Part shown: one piece after another, positions 25,321-38,216 of the stretch | How the letters are laid out: each line of letters starts with the position of its first letter | How positions within the stretch are numbered: the first letter of the stretch is position 1 | NCBI RefSeq assembly: GCF_006345805.1 | Contig: NC_043013.1 | Location: forward strand, 48,050,001-48,114,000 | Direction: 5' to 3' | Length of the DNA: 64,000 nucleotides | DNA from: Octopus sinensis | Taxonomy: Eukaryota | Notes under the pieces: model-generated | Database searches by the model: none | Told to the model about the DNA's origin: nothing | Seen by the model: only the letters and a program-made list of their open reading frames with translations | Program-made: the position numbers and the translations under genes

Positions 25321-26578
25321 AAGAGGGAGGCCGTGGTCTTTTGCAACTGGCAATAACAATGAAGATTGCTACAATTGGCCTAGACACCTACCTGAAAAAC
25401 TCTGAGGACTGGATGTTAAAACTTGTCTCAAAACATGAAAACAAGAAAGCGCATACTCAGTAACATAACAGGCAAAGGAATATCTAAGTGAATTCCGATC
25501 CAATACAACAATTTCGGAATTAGAGATAGATATACAAGAAACAAGCACAGAAAAAGCTAGGCGCATGAAAACCCGTGCCAAAACTGCGGCCTAGATATTC
25601 TGAATAATAAATGGCAAGAAAAACCTCTCTATGGCAAATACCCAAAGAGAGCGAATAATGCAGATATCGACAAAGCCCTGACCCATCAATGGCTAATGCC
25701 TCTGGTTTAAAATCTGAAACAGAGGGGTTTATCATAGCAGCTCAAGATCAATGCCTACAACAAGAAACTACCAGGCCAACATATTAAAGAACGGCAGTAG
25801 CCCAACATGTCGTGTATGCCGACAACAAAATGAAACCATTGACCATGTTGTCTCCAATGCAGTCTTCTAGCACCTACAGAGTACCTCAGTAGGCATGATA
25901 GAGCTGCACAATATATTCACTGGGTAATTTGCAAAAACCTGGATTTGCCCCATGAAAAAACTGGTGGAACACAATCCACCTCCAGTGCTTGAAAATGACC
26001 AATCTCACTCCTCTGGAACTTCAGCATTCAAACTGACAGGAAGATAGATGCAAATAGGCCAGACATTATATGAAAGACTTCAGACAAAGAACATGCCTCC
26101 TCATTGATTGACTGTCCCAATCGATATAAACGTATCTGTCAAGACCTACCAAAAACTGAGCAAATATAAAGATCTTGAATAGAAAAAAAGCAAAATGTGG
26201 AAGCTGAAGACTAAAACAATACCTGTTGTCATAGGTGCCCTAGGAATGATAGCGAAAGGGACTGATTGCTACCTAACTCAGATACCAGGAAACTCCAAAA
26301 TGGCAGAAATTCAAAAGATAGTGCTCATGGGAACTGCTCATATCCTACGCAAAATACTCTCTATGTAATCCCAAGGTTTAAAACAAACTTTTTTGTTTAT
26401 TTTTTTTTTTTTAATTTATTTATTTTTTTTTTTTTTGTGTATTAGACATTCACTAGTACAAACCCCAAAAAAAAAAAACCCAAATATATGGCACAGAACT
26501 TCCAACCTGTTGTCTCTTGAGGTCTCTGGGTGAGACTTGGAGCCAACTTGTACAGACATAAAGCAAAAGTCAAACATA

Positions 26579-26579
<1 letters not shown>
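25321..26579 (+). mobile_element. 5'-truncated R4/Dong-like element, second copy
   Basis: Highly similar to 5040-6280 in reverse complement (EGGRGLLQLAITMKIATIGLDTYLK..; AAQDQC; RPD region); (TAA)n on both sides; same 3' junction ..AAA.ATAG|AATAAT. Confidence 0.92.
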
Positions 26580-26670
<91 letters not shown>

Positions 26671-27753
26671 GAAGGGCTACAGCAAGTATTATGCTCAACC
26701 CACAGATTTGCTTGTCAATTGTTTGACCTTAACCAATTGAGCTTGACCCTTAGCGGCTGACGATATGTACATCTCTGATCACGAGCAGAAGTAGTGGGGC
26801 AGCATCATAGTCAAAAAATGGTTCAGAATCAACGAGTTAAACCTTACATGTTTTTTTCAATTGACAATAAACCGCATCCTGAGAAATATAAAGACTTGAG
26901 CCAATCAATGAAATCAATACTTTGCTAATTTATCAACCACTGCTGCTGCCGATATCATTTCATTAACAACTGCACCTGCTGTTGCTGCTATTTCTAAAAC
27001 AATAGGATCTGGTGTCCTCATCATTGTTCTTATTTCATTACTATTGTCTGCCACTGCAGTCAAAATGTGGTCGAAAATTTACCTATCTCTACTCACCTGT
27101 CTCTCTGTCTGAATGTCTGCATGTCTGTGCAACATGCATTTTGCTGCTTGTATTACCTGCACTTGACCCCTCCCCCACCTTTTAACTTGTCTTTCGTTCT
27201 CTCTCTCTCTCAGACTTATTTTTCCAATCTCTCTTTCGCTCTCATAGCTCTCTTTCCCTCCATTTGGTTTCTTGTACTATTTTCTCATTCGTTCCCTCAC
27301 TTTCTCACTCGCACACAACTAATATAGCTCGAAATCTGCTCTCTACACACATACACACACACACATAAACACGAACACACACGTATTGAGAGGGATTCTT
27401 TGGGGTTTGAATAATTCACCTCTGGAAACATGGGTGTTTCGTTCAACATCCTTAAACAACCCTTATTCAGAGACCTTTTGAGCGAGATGGGTTACTCGAC
27501 CAGAAGAAAATTCTAACTGGGCCCCACCTGCAAGGTCATGCGCTATCTTGATATGAGATCACCATGTCGTGCACATATGGTTGTGATGCAAGTGCCTAGT
27601 GTACCCTTATCAGACGGGTATTCATGATGGGTATACTGGGCTTCGTATATTTTACCCCAGTGTCACTTTGATGGCATGCACTGTTCTCTCACTCAATAAT
27701 ATAACATCGAAAAATACCTTAGGAATGAGAACCCAGGTTCGAAATTTCCTCAA

Positions 27754-27799
27754 GACACCTGAAGAAGGCTGGAGGGTATATCAGCCGAAACGTTGTGTT
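27754..27799 (+). ncRNA. Minimal type I hammerhead candidate (family D module)
   Basis: GACAC-CUGAAGA-A-GGCUG(GAGGGUAUAU)CAGCC-GAAAC-GUU/GUGUU: stem I 5 bp (one wobble), stem II 5 bp, palindromic ACGU stem III. Confidence 0.65.
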
Positions 27800-28372
27800 A
27801 ACAAACAAGATGAGGACAAGTATCCATCGAATGTAAATATTGTAAATAATGTAAATAAGAATACATGAACTGTACCATATTTGGGGGGGATCTTAGGACA
27901 GCAGCAGTACAATGGGCTGAGAGGATAGGACTGAGGGGAAGTCCACACTGCTCCTAAAATATATGACACACACACAAGTATACACACACATGCACATGCA
28001 CACGCACACAAATAAGCACACACACACACACACACACAAACGAGAAACAACGACACGAACGCATTCGCACGTAAGGATACACATCTTGAAAAAAAGATAA
28101 TGGTGTAAGTGGAGCAAGAACACACACGAAAAGGAAAAGTGCCGCTGAAGAGGTCACAGGTGCCTGTGTTTATTTTGCAAAAAAAAAATTACTATCCCGA
28201 AATACAACAATATCTTTTTCAACACAAATACATATGGCAAATACACTTCACATCGTCGTGCAGCTATTATTACTTGTTTACACTTTTTTTCGAGATCTGT
28301 GACTTTTCGTCACTGGAAAAAGGATATATGTATTTGCATTGGGACCCATTCGCATCGATGGCCGGTGATTGT

Positions 28373-28417
28373 CGTGCGCTGACGACGGGTAAATACTCAG
28401 AAACCCGGGTCCGTGCG
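28373..28417 (+). ncRNA. Type I hammerhead candidate with palindromic stem III
   Basis: CGUGCG-CUGACGA-C-GGGU(AAAU)ACUC-A-GAAACCCGG-GUC/CGUGCG: canonical core, ACCCGGGU palindrome, stem I 6 bp (two G-U), C-A mismatch at 10.1-11.1. Confidence 0.6.
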
Positions 28418-28674
28418 TATCACGTCAGGTCGATGATGGGAAAGATGGCTTCCCTTTGCAAATACTGATAGGGCACAGAAAGTGTGTCAATAGCCAGCTG
28501 GAGAAGATGTTCTCCTGGGGCCACAAGCTACAGTAGCATCCACCCTTAGTGGGTAGCCACATTTAAGTGGCAAATATACTTCACATTGTCGTGCAGCTAC
28601 TGTCTATACCTTGTTCAGAGATGTATTATATATATATATTTATATATATATATATATATATATATCTTATATAT

Positions 28675-28762
<88 letters not shown>

Positions 28763-28936
28763 TGTGTGTGTGTGTGTATTAGAAGAAATAAAGTACTCAG
28801 AAATCTGGATGGTTTTACATTTACAGATTTTTATTGATATGTCACATGTTTTTATAAATCATATATTAGCGCTTGCATCTACTCTAGTAGAATCTCCAGA
28901 TTTATATATATATAAACTAGCTACTTTCCTTCCTTG

Positions 28937-29011
<75 letters not shown>

Positions 29012-29741
29012 ATACATACATACATGATTACTATACGTATATACATACATGAATACATACATATGTACATACGTACATACAGAGGTACATACATGTGCAC
29101 GCGTGAGTGTGTGTATATTAGCACTTGAGAATAGGTTTTTAATTCTCTGGGCATTCTAAATCTCTTTAATTACACTACTGGTTTATTTATTACTTGAGAA
29201 CAAATGCATTTTAACAAACAAATAACTCTGTTATATCTCTACAAAAACCCCTGCATCTGTGTGTCCGAGAGGGAGTAGGAGAAGATGATAGATGATCTTA
29301 ATGTCAGTTCACATCTAAGTAAATGCCGGCGGAAATCTTTCGATCATCAACTCAACATACAGCAATATCAAATTACATACTAGACACGGGATTATGCGTC
29401 CAGCTTTCTTAATAACACCAGAGGTGACACTAGTTATTAACAGACGCATGATTCTGGGGATAGAAATATCCCTTATTTTTTTTTGTGTAATCTGTCATTT
29501 ATGTGTTCGTTTATTTATCTATTCCGTCAATCTTTTATCTTCTCTTTTATCCAGTTTCTTAACCAGTTAATTTGAATTTGCCGTTAATTATGTATTTATT
29601 GTTGTTTTAAACAATGATTTGCAAATGAATTGATAAAAACATCATGGACGAAAGTTCATCGAGCAAATGGATTTTTATGCATAAAGCAGAGCAGTCGAAT
29701 CAGTATAATGCCGATGCTAGTTATTTTAACACATATTGTAT

Positions 29742-29742
<1 letters not shown>

Positions 29743-29809
<67 letters not shown>

Positions 29810-29824
29810 TGATGATGATGGTGG

Positions 29825-29864
<40 letters not shown>

Positions 29865-29883
29865 AATGATGATGATGATGATG

Positions 29884-29920
<37 letters not shown>

Positions 29921-30279
29921 TAATAATAATGATAATAATGATAATAATAATAATAAAATAATAATAATGATGATAGTAATAATAATAATAATAATAATGA
30001 TGATAGTAATAATAATAATAAAATAATAATAATAATAATAAAAATAATAATAATAATGATAATAATGATAATAATATAATAATAATAATATAATAATAAT
30101 AATAAATGATAATAATGATAATATAATAATAATAATAATAATAAAAATAAAAATAATAATAATAATAATAATAATACTAATAATATAATAAAATAATAAT
30201 TGATAATAATGATAATAATAATATAAAAATAATAATAATGATGATAGTAATAATAATAATAATGATGATGATGATGATG

Positions 30280-30337
<58 letters not shown>

Positions 30338-30375
30338 TAATAATGATAATAATATTAATAAAAATAATAATAATG

Positions 30376-30409
<34 letters not shown>

Positions 30410-30435
30410 TGATGATAGTAATAATAATAATAATG

Positions 30436-30480
<45 letters not shown>

Positions 30481-30503
30481 TAATAATAATAATAATAATA
30501 ATA
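29743..30503. repeat. About 760-bp compound (TAA)n/(GAT)n microsatellite with higher-order units
   Basis: Recurring blocks such as AATAATAATAATGATGATAGTAATAATAAT. Confidence 0.95.
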
Positions 30504-30844
30504 TAGCAATACTGTTCTGATAAAATATCAATGAAACAATTATGAAATTGTGTGACAAAACGAATTGCTCATTCCATTCCGCTTTTTAATAATCATATAA
30601 ACTCTACGGCTATTTACGGATTCTCAGATAGATCATCCGTAAAACTATCGATTTCCGTTTTATTTCTTCTATATTAATTGCCAGTAGCGATGGACGAGCT
30701 TAAAAAAGCAAACTCTGAGGTTAAAACCTATATGAAAGCAATATAATTATATACATATATTATATATATAATATATATATATATATATAGTATATACAGG
30801 GAGAGAGAGAGAGGAGGAGGAGGGAGACACATAGAAGGAGAGGA

Positions 30845-30875
<31 letters not shown>

Positions 30876-31101
30876 GACAGGCAGACAGACAGACAGACAG
30901 ACAGGGCTATAAGGACAGAAAGATGCGTACATACATATGAGCGCGTGTATTTGTGTATTTATGTGAAGATAGATAAGTTTGTATGTGTGTCTAGATGTGT
31001 ATGTCTGTGTACCTATGTTATGGTTGTACGTATATATATATATATATGTGTGTGTGTGTATACATATATATATATATAAGAATTTACATATACTCTTCTA
31101 C

Positions 31102-31480
31102 TCTTTTACTTGTTTCAGCCATTTGACTGCGGCCATGCTGGAGCACCGCCTTTAGTCGAGCACATCGACCCCAGAACTTATTCTTTGTAAGCCTAGTACT
31201 TATTCTATCAGTCTCTTTTGCCGAACCGCTAAGTTACGGGGATGTAAACACACCAGCATCGGTTATCAAGCGATGTTGGGGGGACAAACACAGACACAAA
31301 CTCACACACACATATATATACATATATACGACAGGCTTCTTTCAGTTTCCGTCTAACAAATCCACTCACAAGGCTTTGGTCGGCCTGAGGCTATAGTAGA
31401 AGACACTTGCCCAAGGTGCCACGCAGTGGGACTGAACCCGGAACCATGTGGTTGGTAAGCAAGCTACTTACCATACAGCC
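31102..31480 (-). mobile_element. SINE family A
   Basis: Reverse complement of the 63226 copy over its full length. Confidence 0.88.
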
Positions 31481-32124
31481 AAGAATTTACAAAAAAAAAG
31501 ACAAAAGACGAAAACGACATTTAAGGTTCCAGCCGCTGGTGGCAATGTAGACGTTTAACGTACATTTCATTGCTTTTCTAATTCTTAAATTGTGCTACTC
31601 AATGAAACAAATATATCAGTTAATTTCTAAGGCCTACGTGATTCCTAACAGAATCTGGCTGGTTGTAAATCTAAGAACACTCATTTTGAGTAACTGTATG
31701 TATATAACCTTATATGTGTAAACGACTATCTACATAACTTGTATATCTATACGTATGGTAATGGTAATGCTGGCAGTGATGGTGGTACTGGTGGTTTTGT
31801 TGGTGGTTGGGGTGAGGTTGACAGTGATTGTGGTGGTGGCAGTGATGATGGTGGTGCCAGTGATGATGGTGGTGGTGGTGGTGCCAGTGGTGGTGGTGAT
31901 GGTGGTGGTGGTGGTGGCGGAGGCGGTGGTGGTGGTGATGCTGGTGGTGTTGGTGTGGCTGGTATGATTGGTTTTGGTTCTGGTATTGTGCTAGTGATAT
32001 TGGGGGATGTCAGTTTTCTTGTGGCTGCCGTTGTTGATGTTATGGTGCATGTCTTTAAGTCGGTGGTGTTATTGGTGATGGTGGGGATATTGTTGATGGT
32101 ATTGGTATTGCTGCTGTTGCTGTT

Positions 32125-32508
32125 GAGCGTAGCGGTCTTCGTCCCAGAGCTCGCAAGATCGCGCCCTCTGTAGTGGGAGAAGTCCGATACGTGGTCCTTT
32201 GCTATTCGTAAGACTCGCAGAAGAGAAAGCAGGTCAACCCCCGACACCGAGAGCATCGACGGATGGATGAATGCGCATCCAGGCTCAGCGGTTGCGTAGG
32301 AAGTCGGGTCAAGAAACAGGAAGAAAGAGGGAGAGAAAGTTGGGGGCGAAAGAGTACAACAGGGGTCGCCACCACCCCCTGTCGGAGACTCGTGGAGCTT
32401 TAGGTGTTTTCGCTCACAAAACACACACGACGCCCAGTCTGGGAATCGAAACCGTGATCCTCCGACCGCGAGTCCGCTATCTTAACCATTGGGCCATTGC
32501 ACCTCCAC
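32125..32508 (-). mobile_element. tRNA-derived SINE family C (OR-like, unverified)
   Basis: Minus-strand head GTGGAGGTGCAATGGCCCAATGGTTAAG..GGACTCGCGGTCGGAGGATCACGGTTTCGATTCCC (A and B boxes). Confidence 0.75.
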
Positions 32509-33663
32509 TGCTATTGTTGCTATAGGTATTGGTGATGGCGGTAGCGTTGGCAATGTTGTTACTTGTAGCAATAGTAATGATGATGGGGATGTTGGTGCTG
32601 GACTCCGTAAGCTGAAATAACTCTTGGTAAATACATGTGTAATGATGTCAAGTACAGATAGAAGTGAGATTTAGACTCGGTTCAATCTCTACTTGACATT
32701 ATTACACGCTTTCATGTGTAATAATGTCAAGTAACATAACTGCTTTTCATTGAACAGGCAGGCTACCAGTTTTTTATCTACCAGATTTCTCCATCACTTG
32801 ACAGTATATGGAAAAATTAATGATTTTAATGAATTCATTTCTCTCAAGAAGATTTCTGGTTACGCGTCGGTATACACATACGCACGTGCGCATAAGTTGT
32901 GTGTTGATTGCTTTTTACAATTGTATACACACACACACACACACACACTCACACACACACACATACACACATTTGTATATTTCTAATTGTTATTATACAA
33001 ACACACAGGCACAATAAAGTGTGTGAGCCTGTGTGTGTGTGTGTGTGTATGTATGTGTGGGCGTGCGCGTGTGTGTGTGTGTGTGCGTATGTATGTGCGT
33101 GTGTATGTGTGTGTGTATGTGCGTGTGTATGTGTGTGTGTGTATGAGCTATATTAGTTGTGTGCGAGTGAGAAAGTGAGGGAACGAATGAGAAAATAGTA
33201 CAAGAAACGAAATGGAGGGAAAGAGAGCTATGAGAACGAAATAGAGATTGGAAGAATAAGACTGAGAGAGAGAAAGCGAAAGACAAGTTAAAAGGTGGGG
33301 GGGGTTCAAGTGCAGGTAATACAAGCAGCAAAATGCATGCTGCACCGACATGCAGGCATTCAGAAAGAGAGACAGGTGAGTAGAGGTAGGTAAAAGTTTT
33401 CGACCACATTTTAACTGCAGTGGCTCCCTTCAGTAGTAGGAGGGGTAGCAGACAATGGAAATGAAATAAGAACAATTATGAGGACACCAGATCCTATTGT
33501 TTTAGAAATAGCAGCAACAGCAGGTGCAGTTGCTAATGCAATGATATCGGCAGCAGCAGTGGATGATAAATTAGCAAAGTATTGATTTCATTGATTGGCT
33601 CAAGTCTTTAGATTTCCCAGGATGAGGTTATTGTCAATTGTAAAAAACATGTAAGGTTTAACA

Positions 33664-33896
33664 CATTGGTTCTCAACCCTTTTTTGACTATGGACCCTTT
33701 GATTCCTATTTTACTCTGCTGGGCCCCGTAGCCATTTGATGTTTAAAAAAATTTTATTATATTTTCATAACTAAATATTATTATGAATTGTATAAGAAAT
33801 TTTTAAAATATTTTGTGTATTGTAGAAGTGTGACCAGTTTATTGTACATAAATTTTTACTCCATAATCTTATATAGACCCCGATTGGGAACCACTG
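33664..33896. mobile_element. hAT (Charlie-like) MITE
   Basis: Ends CATTGGTTCTCAACC and GATTGGGAACCACTG (CAGTGGTTCYCAA type); decayed 8-bp TSD GTTTAACA/GCTTAACT (6/8). Confidence 0.75.
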
Positions 33897-34129
33897 GCTT
33901 AACTGAACCCGATGAAATTTTAATTCTAACGGAGAGAAACGAAAATCACCTTCCGTACCTTTACATTGTGAGTTCAAGTCTCAACGAAGCTACTTTTTCT
34001 TTCCGTAGTTCTAAATCCATCAGTGAACAGAGATCTCCAACAGAAACGGCCCGCACTATAACGTGACATTAACGAGGAGTGGATTCACCGATAAGTTAGT
34101 ATATAAGGAGGACGCCCTCACCCCCGAAC

Positions 34130-34800
34130 CCTAAGGAAGTCAAAAAGAGAAAGAAAATCTGGCTCAATCGTCCGTTCAACCTAGAAGTTTCCCCTAATAT
34201 AGCTAAGAACTTCCTGACGCTAATTAAAATTCTTCCTTAGAACTCCTATGCTTTATAAACTTTTCAGTCCCTGCAGTGTGGAGGTCAGTTACTCCTCCTT
34301 AAACAAAATCGTTTCAAACGTTGTACGCTACAATACACGAAAACACACCTGCTCAAACTCAAATCCTCATCCCTATCTGTAACCGCCGAAATCCTAACTG
34401 GTCATTGTGACACCGCCTCTCAAAATGCTGCAGTCCATAGATCCACTCTCACATCATCGGATGGCGTCATAAGACACTACTCGGATATGACAGACACTGA
34501 TTTTTAGTGGAAGCTATACACAGCACATGCACTCCTTCAGGTGCAGGGATAAGGAAAACTTCATCACCTTTTCATGCTCCATCTGGAAACACCGTAACCA
34601 TCGGAATGACTTCTCCAACATCAAATAAACAGAGTCACTCTTTAATCCAAATGGAGCTTGTAATTGACGACTTTGTCTTTGAAACAACCTCAATAGTCTC
34701 GACACAAAACAGTGTCTATAATAAGTGAACTATCATATTGTTGCCACTAGAGGTATGCTCTGTTAAAGAACTTCAGACCACTAGCAGCTGACAATCTAGA
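34130..34800 (+). mobile_element. Decayed Penelope-like fragment (linker towards GIY-YIG)
   Basis: Broken frames read RK.IWLNRPFNLEVSPNIAKNFLTLI and SVEVSYSSLNKIVSNVVRYNTRK, matching PLE IIWFNPPFS..TNIGK.FL.LI and TVKVSYSCMPN..SII..HN.K. Confidence 0.6.
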
Positions 34801-35017
34801 TATACCACCCTAAACCTAGCTGCCACACACACAAAGACCGCTCGTATAGACTACAGTTCACCTGTGTTGATCATCCAACCTCAACTGCACGTGAAGTCTG
34901 CTGCTGCGAGTGAGCTAATACTCCCCTGAATGATGACTGAGTAACTGACTCATGCCAACATCCCGCCCCGTGCGGTATCAAGTACAACGAACTTGATATT
35001 GCTGTGGACACAATACT

Positions 35018-35250
35018 CATTTCTTTACTACCCACAAGGGGCCAAACACAGAGAGGACAAACAAGGACAGACAAACGGATTAAGTCGATTATATCGATCC
35101 CAGTGCGTAACTGGTACTTATTTAATTGACCCCGAAAGGATGAAAGGCAAAGTCGACCTCGGCGAAATTTGAACTCAGAACGTAACGGCAGACGAAATAC
35201 CGCTCGGCATTTCGCCCGGCGCGCTAACGTTTCTGCCAGCTCGCCGCCTT
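35018..35250 (-). mobile_element. SINE family B with intact 16-bp TSD
   Basis: CTGTGGACACAATACT at 35002-35017 and 35251-35266. Confidence 0.92.
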
Positions 35251-35545
35251 CTGTGGACACAATACTGCAGCCTGTCCTGCCAACATCCTGTCTAAGCACG
35301 TGAACCTAAAAATAAAATAAATAACTGGTGTCGCTTTCACATCATAAATCTCACGCGGCCTGAGCTGGACAAAAGAGGCCTAATATAGAGAAGCCATCCT
35401 GGATGTTCACAAATTTCTCAGTTTTCTACAAATATCCGGTATCACACGCCCACGAAACTTTAAGCCATATAGAGTTAAGTCAACTTGTTGTTGTTGTTAT
35501 TGTTATTGTAGCAGTTGTTATTACTGTTGTTGTTATTATTATTAG

Positions 35546-35750
35546 GCAGCGTGCTGGCAGAATCGTTCGCACGCCAGGCGAAATGGTTAGCGGAATTTCG
35601 TCTGTCGCTACGTTCTGATTTCTAATTCCAGCGAGGTCGACTTCGTCTTTCATCCTTTCGAGGTCGATAAATTAAGTACCAGTAAACACTGAGGTCAATT
35701 AAATCGACTAGTCCCCTTCCCCACAATTTCAGGCCTTGTGCCTATATTAG
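35546..35750 (+). mobile_element. SINE family B
   Basis: GCGTGCTGGCAGAATCGTTCGCACGCC..TTTCATCCTTTCGAGGTCGATAAATTAAGTACCAG; alternative tail. Confidence 0.8.
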
Positions 35751-35755
35751 AAAGG

Positions 35756-35810
<55 letters not shown>

Positions 35811-35815
35811 GACAT

Positions 35816-36180
35816 TGAGCTGGCAGAATCGTTGGCACACCGGGCGAAATGCTTAGCGGTATTTTGTCTGTCGCTACGTTCTGAGTTCAAAATCCCCCGA
35901 GGTCGACTTTGCCTTTCATCCTTTCGGGGTCGATAAATTAAGTAGCAGTTACGCACTGGGGTCGATATAATCGACTTAATCCGTTTGTCTGTCCTTGTTT
36001 GTCCTCTCTGTGTTTAGCCCCTTGTGGGTAGTAAAGAAATAGGTATTTCGTTTGCCGCTACCTTCTGAGTTCAAATTCCGCCGAGGTCGATTTTGCTTTT
36101 CATGCTTTCGGGATCGATAAATTAAGTCCCAGTGAGGCGCTGGGATCGACGCAGTCGACTAATCCCTTCCCCTAAATTTG
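35816..36180 (+). mobile_element. SINE family B partial head-to-tail dimer
   Basis: The first unit ends ..GTAAAGAAATAGGTATTTCG and runs into a second unit that starts inside the tRNA-like head. Confidence 0.8.
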
Positions 36181-36183
36181 TGG

Positions 36184-36240
<57 letters not shown>

Positions 36241-36542
36241 AATATTATGCATGTAAGTATGTGTATGTATATATATATATATTATATATTATATATATAT
36301 ATATATATATACAATATTAGAAATTTTATGGGCAGAGTTCATTGAAATATGGTCGGTACAATAATATTTAAGAAGTTTGTGTATACTCGTTGCGGAATTT
36401 GTCTCGGGAGAAAAATTCTTCTTGTAGACAGTATGTGTAAAAAAGCCATCGGACCATGGGACGCATGCATTTCTATGTTGTTATGCTTCATCAATACAGA
36501 TATCTAATCCGTCTTTTACAGTCCAAAACATAAGAACGACTT

Positions 36543-36575
<33 letters not shown>

Positions 36576-37769
36576 TGCGTGCGCGCGTCTGTTTGTGTGT
36601 GTGTGTGTATGTGTACATATAAAAATAAATACGCATATGCATGTATATACATATATATATACATATATAATCTGTATACATGAATTTGTAGGTTTATGTA
36701 AGAGTATGTATGGTTTGTATGCATATGTGCGTGTGTGTGTGCGTGTGTGTGTGTGTGTGCGTGCGTGTGTGTGTGTGTGCCAATGTGGATATATGTCTGA
36801 CCCCCCCCCCTATAATCCAGTTTTGCAATAGTTTTGTTCTCTTTTATTTGTCTATTTTTATCTTTTGTTCTTGCCATGGTTTGCCAAATGTGCTGCTACC
36901 TGTCTGATTGCGAGAACATTGATTTATTTCTCTATGCTCAACTAGCAAACTTACCAAACATATCTGTGTTGTATTACTATAAGAACCATTTTATTATTTT
37001 TATTTTTTGTTCTTATTTTTATTCTACATTTTTTCATTCATTTATTTTATGTTCTTTATATTATATTTTCATTTGTGTTTATTTGATATTTTTTATGTAT
37101 TTCTGTTGTTTCTTATTTCTCGTATTTTCTTCTATTTTCGCTTCCTTCATTATTTCTTATTATTATCTGATATAAATTTTGTCTATTCCTTCTAACCATA
37201 TATGGGAATAAGTATATCTTCATACTTTTTTCTTCACTCATTGTCTCAGTTCCTATCTTCTCTTCCTTTCACCTATATTTCATTTATCTTTTCCGTTGTC
37301 TTTCACGTTTTGTCTACTTTGAATATAGGGGCTACCTTCGTTGGAACTGTATGTTTCGAAAATATCCTAAAACTCCTCAAGTTTTAAAAGTATTCTAAAA
37401 ATTCTCAAGCTGTATTATATAATTTTGAAGACACACTGTTGGTGCTGAAACGGCTGTAGGTAAATAAGTTTTTGAAATTTTAATAATATCCATCGTCTTC
37501 TGTTTCTGTAAAACCGTTTATTATTCATGTACATTATAACCGATTAAATACACCATGCATCTTTCAAGATGGTAATGCATAACAGTTGTATAATTTCCGT
37601 GTTAAACGTAATATTGTCGATTGGTAGTTTGTTTGTTGTACATAAGTACGAAACTGAAAAGTGCAAAAATAAGGAGTGTGAATGATTCCAATTAAATAAA
37701 TATTCCATGATAGCAGTTTTGAAATGTTGCATGCCTTAGAAAACCTTACTCTGTGGAACCTTCAGTAAG

Positions 37770-38040
37770 TGCCTTCAACTGCAGCGCTGGATCGACCAAA
37801 GCCTTGTGAATGGATATGGTAGACGAAAACTGAAATAAGCTCGTCATTAATGTGAATATCTATGTGTGCAAAGGTGTTTGTCACCCACCACTGCTTGACA
37901 ACCTTTGGGGATTGTTTACGTCGATGCAAATTAGCATTTCAGCAAAAAGTAACCGATAGAATGCGTTGATTTGCTCAGCTAAATACTTGAAGGCAGTGCC
38001 CCAGCATGGCTGCAGTCCAAAGACTGAAACAAGTAAAAGA
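37770..38040 (+). mobile_element. SINE family A, decayed
   Basis: GACCAAAGCCTTGTGAATGGATATGGTAGACG..CCCCAGCATGGCTGCAGTC..AACAAGTAAAAGA. Confidence 0.7.
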
Positions 38041-38053
38041 TATATATATATAT

Positions 38054-38216
<163 letters not shown>

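Noticed and set aside
25321-26579. Programmed frameshifting or heavy decay in R4 copy 2 (and the -1 shift near 5980)
   Set aside because: Differences are dominated by isolated 1-nt deletions, often in homopolymers, which could be long-read consensus errors; cannot be judged without raw reads.
31739-32424. Gly-rich (+) and 225-aa Pro/Thr-rich (-) ORFs
   Set aside because: Built from (GGT)n/(GAT)n low-complexity DNA fused to a SINE C body; no splice or domain support.
37420-37475. UUGAAGA...GAAAC..GUA hammerhead candidate (and its inverted copy near 38650)
   Set aside because: Stem II is not conserved between the two copies and stem I does not form.
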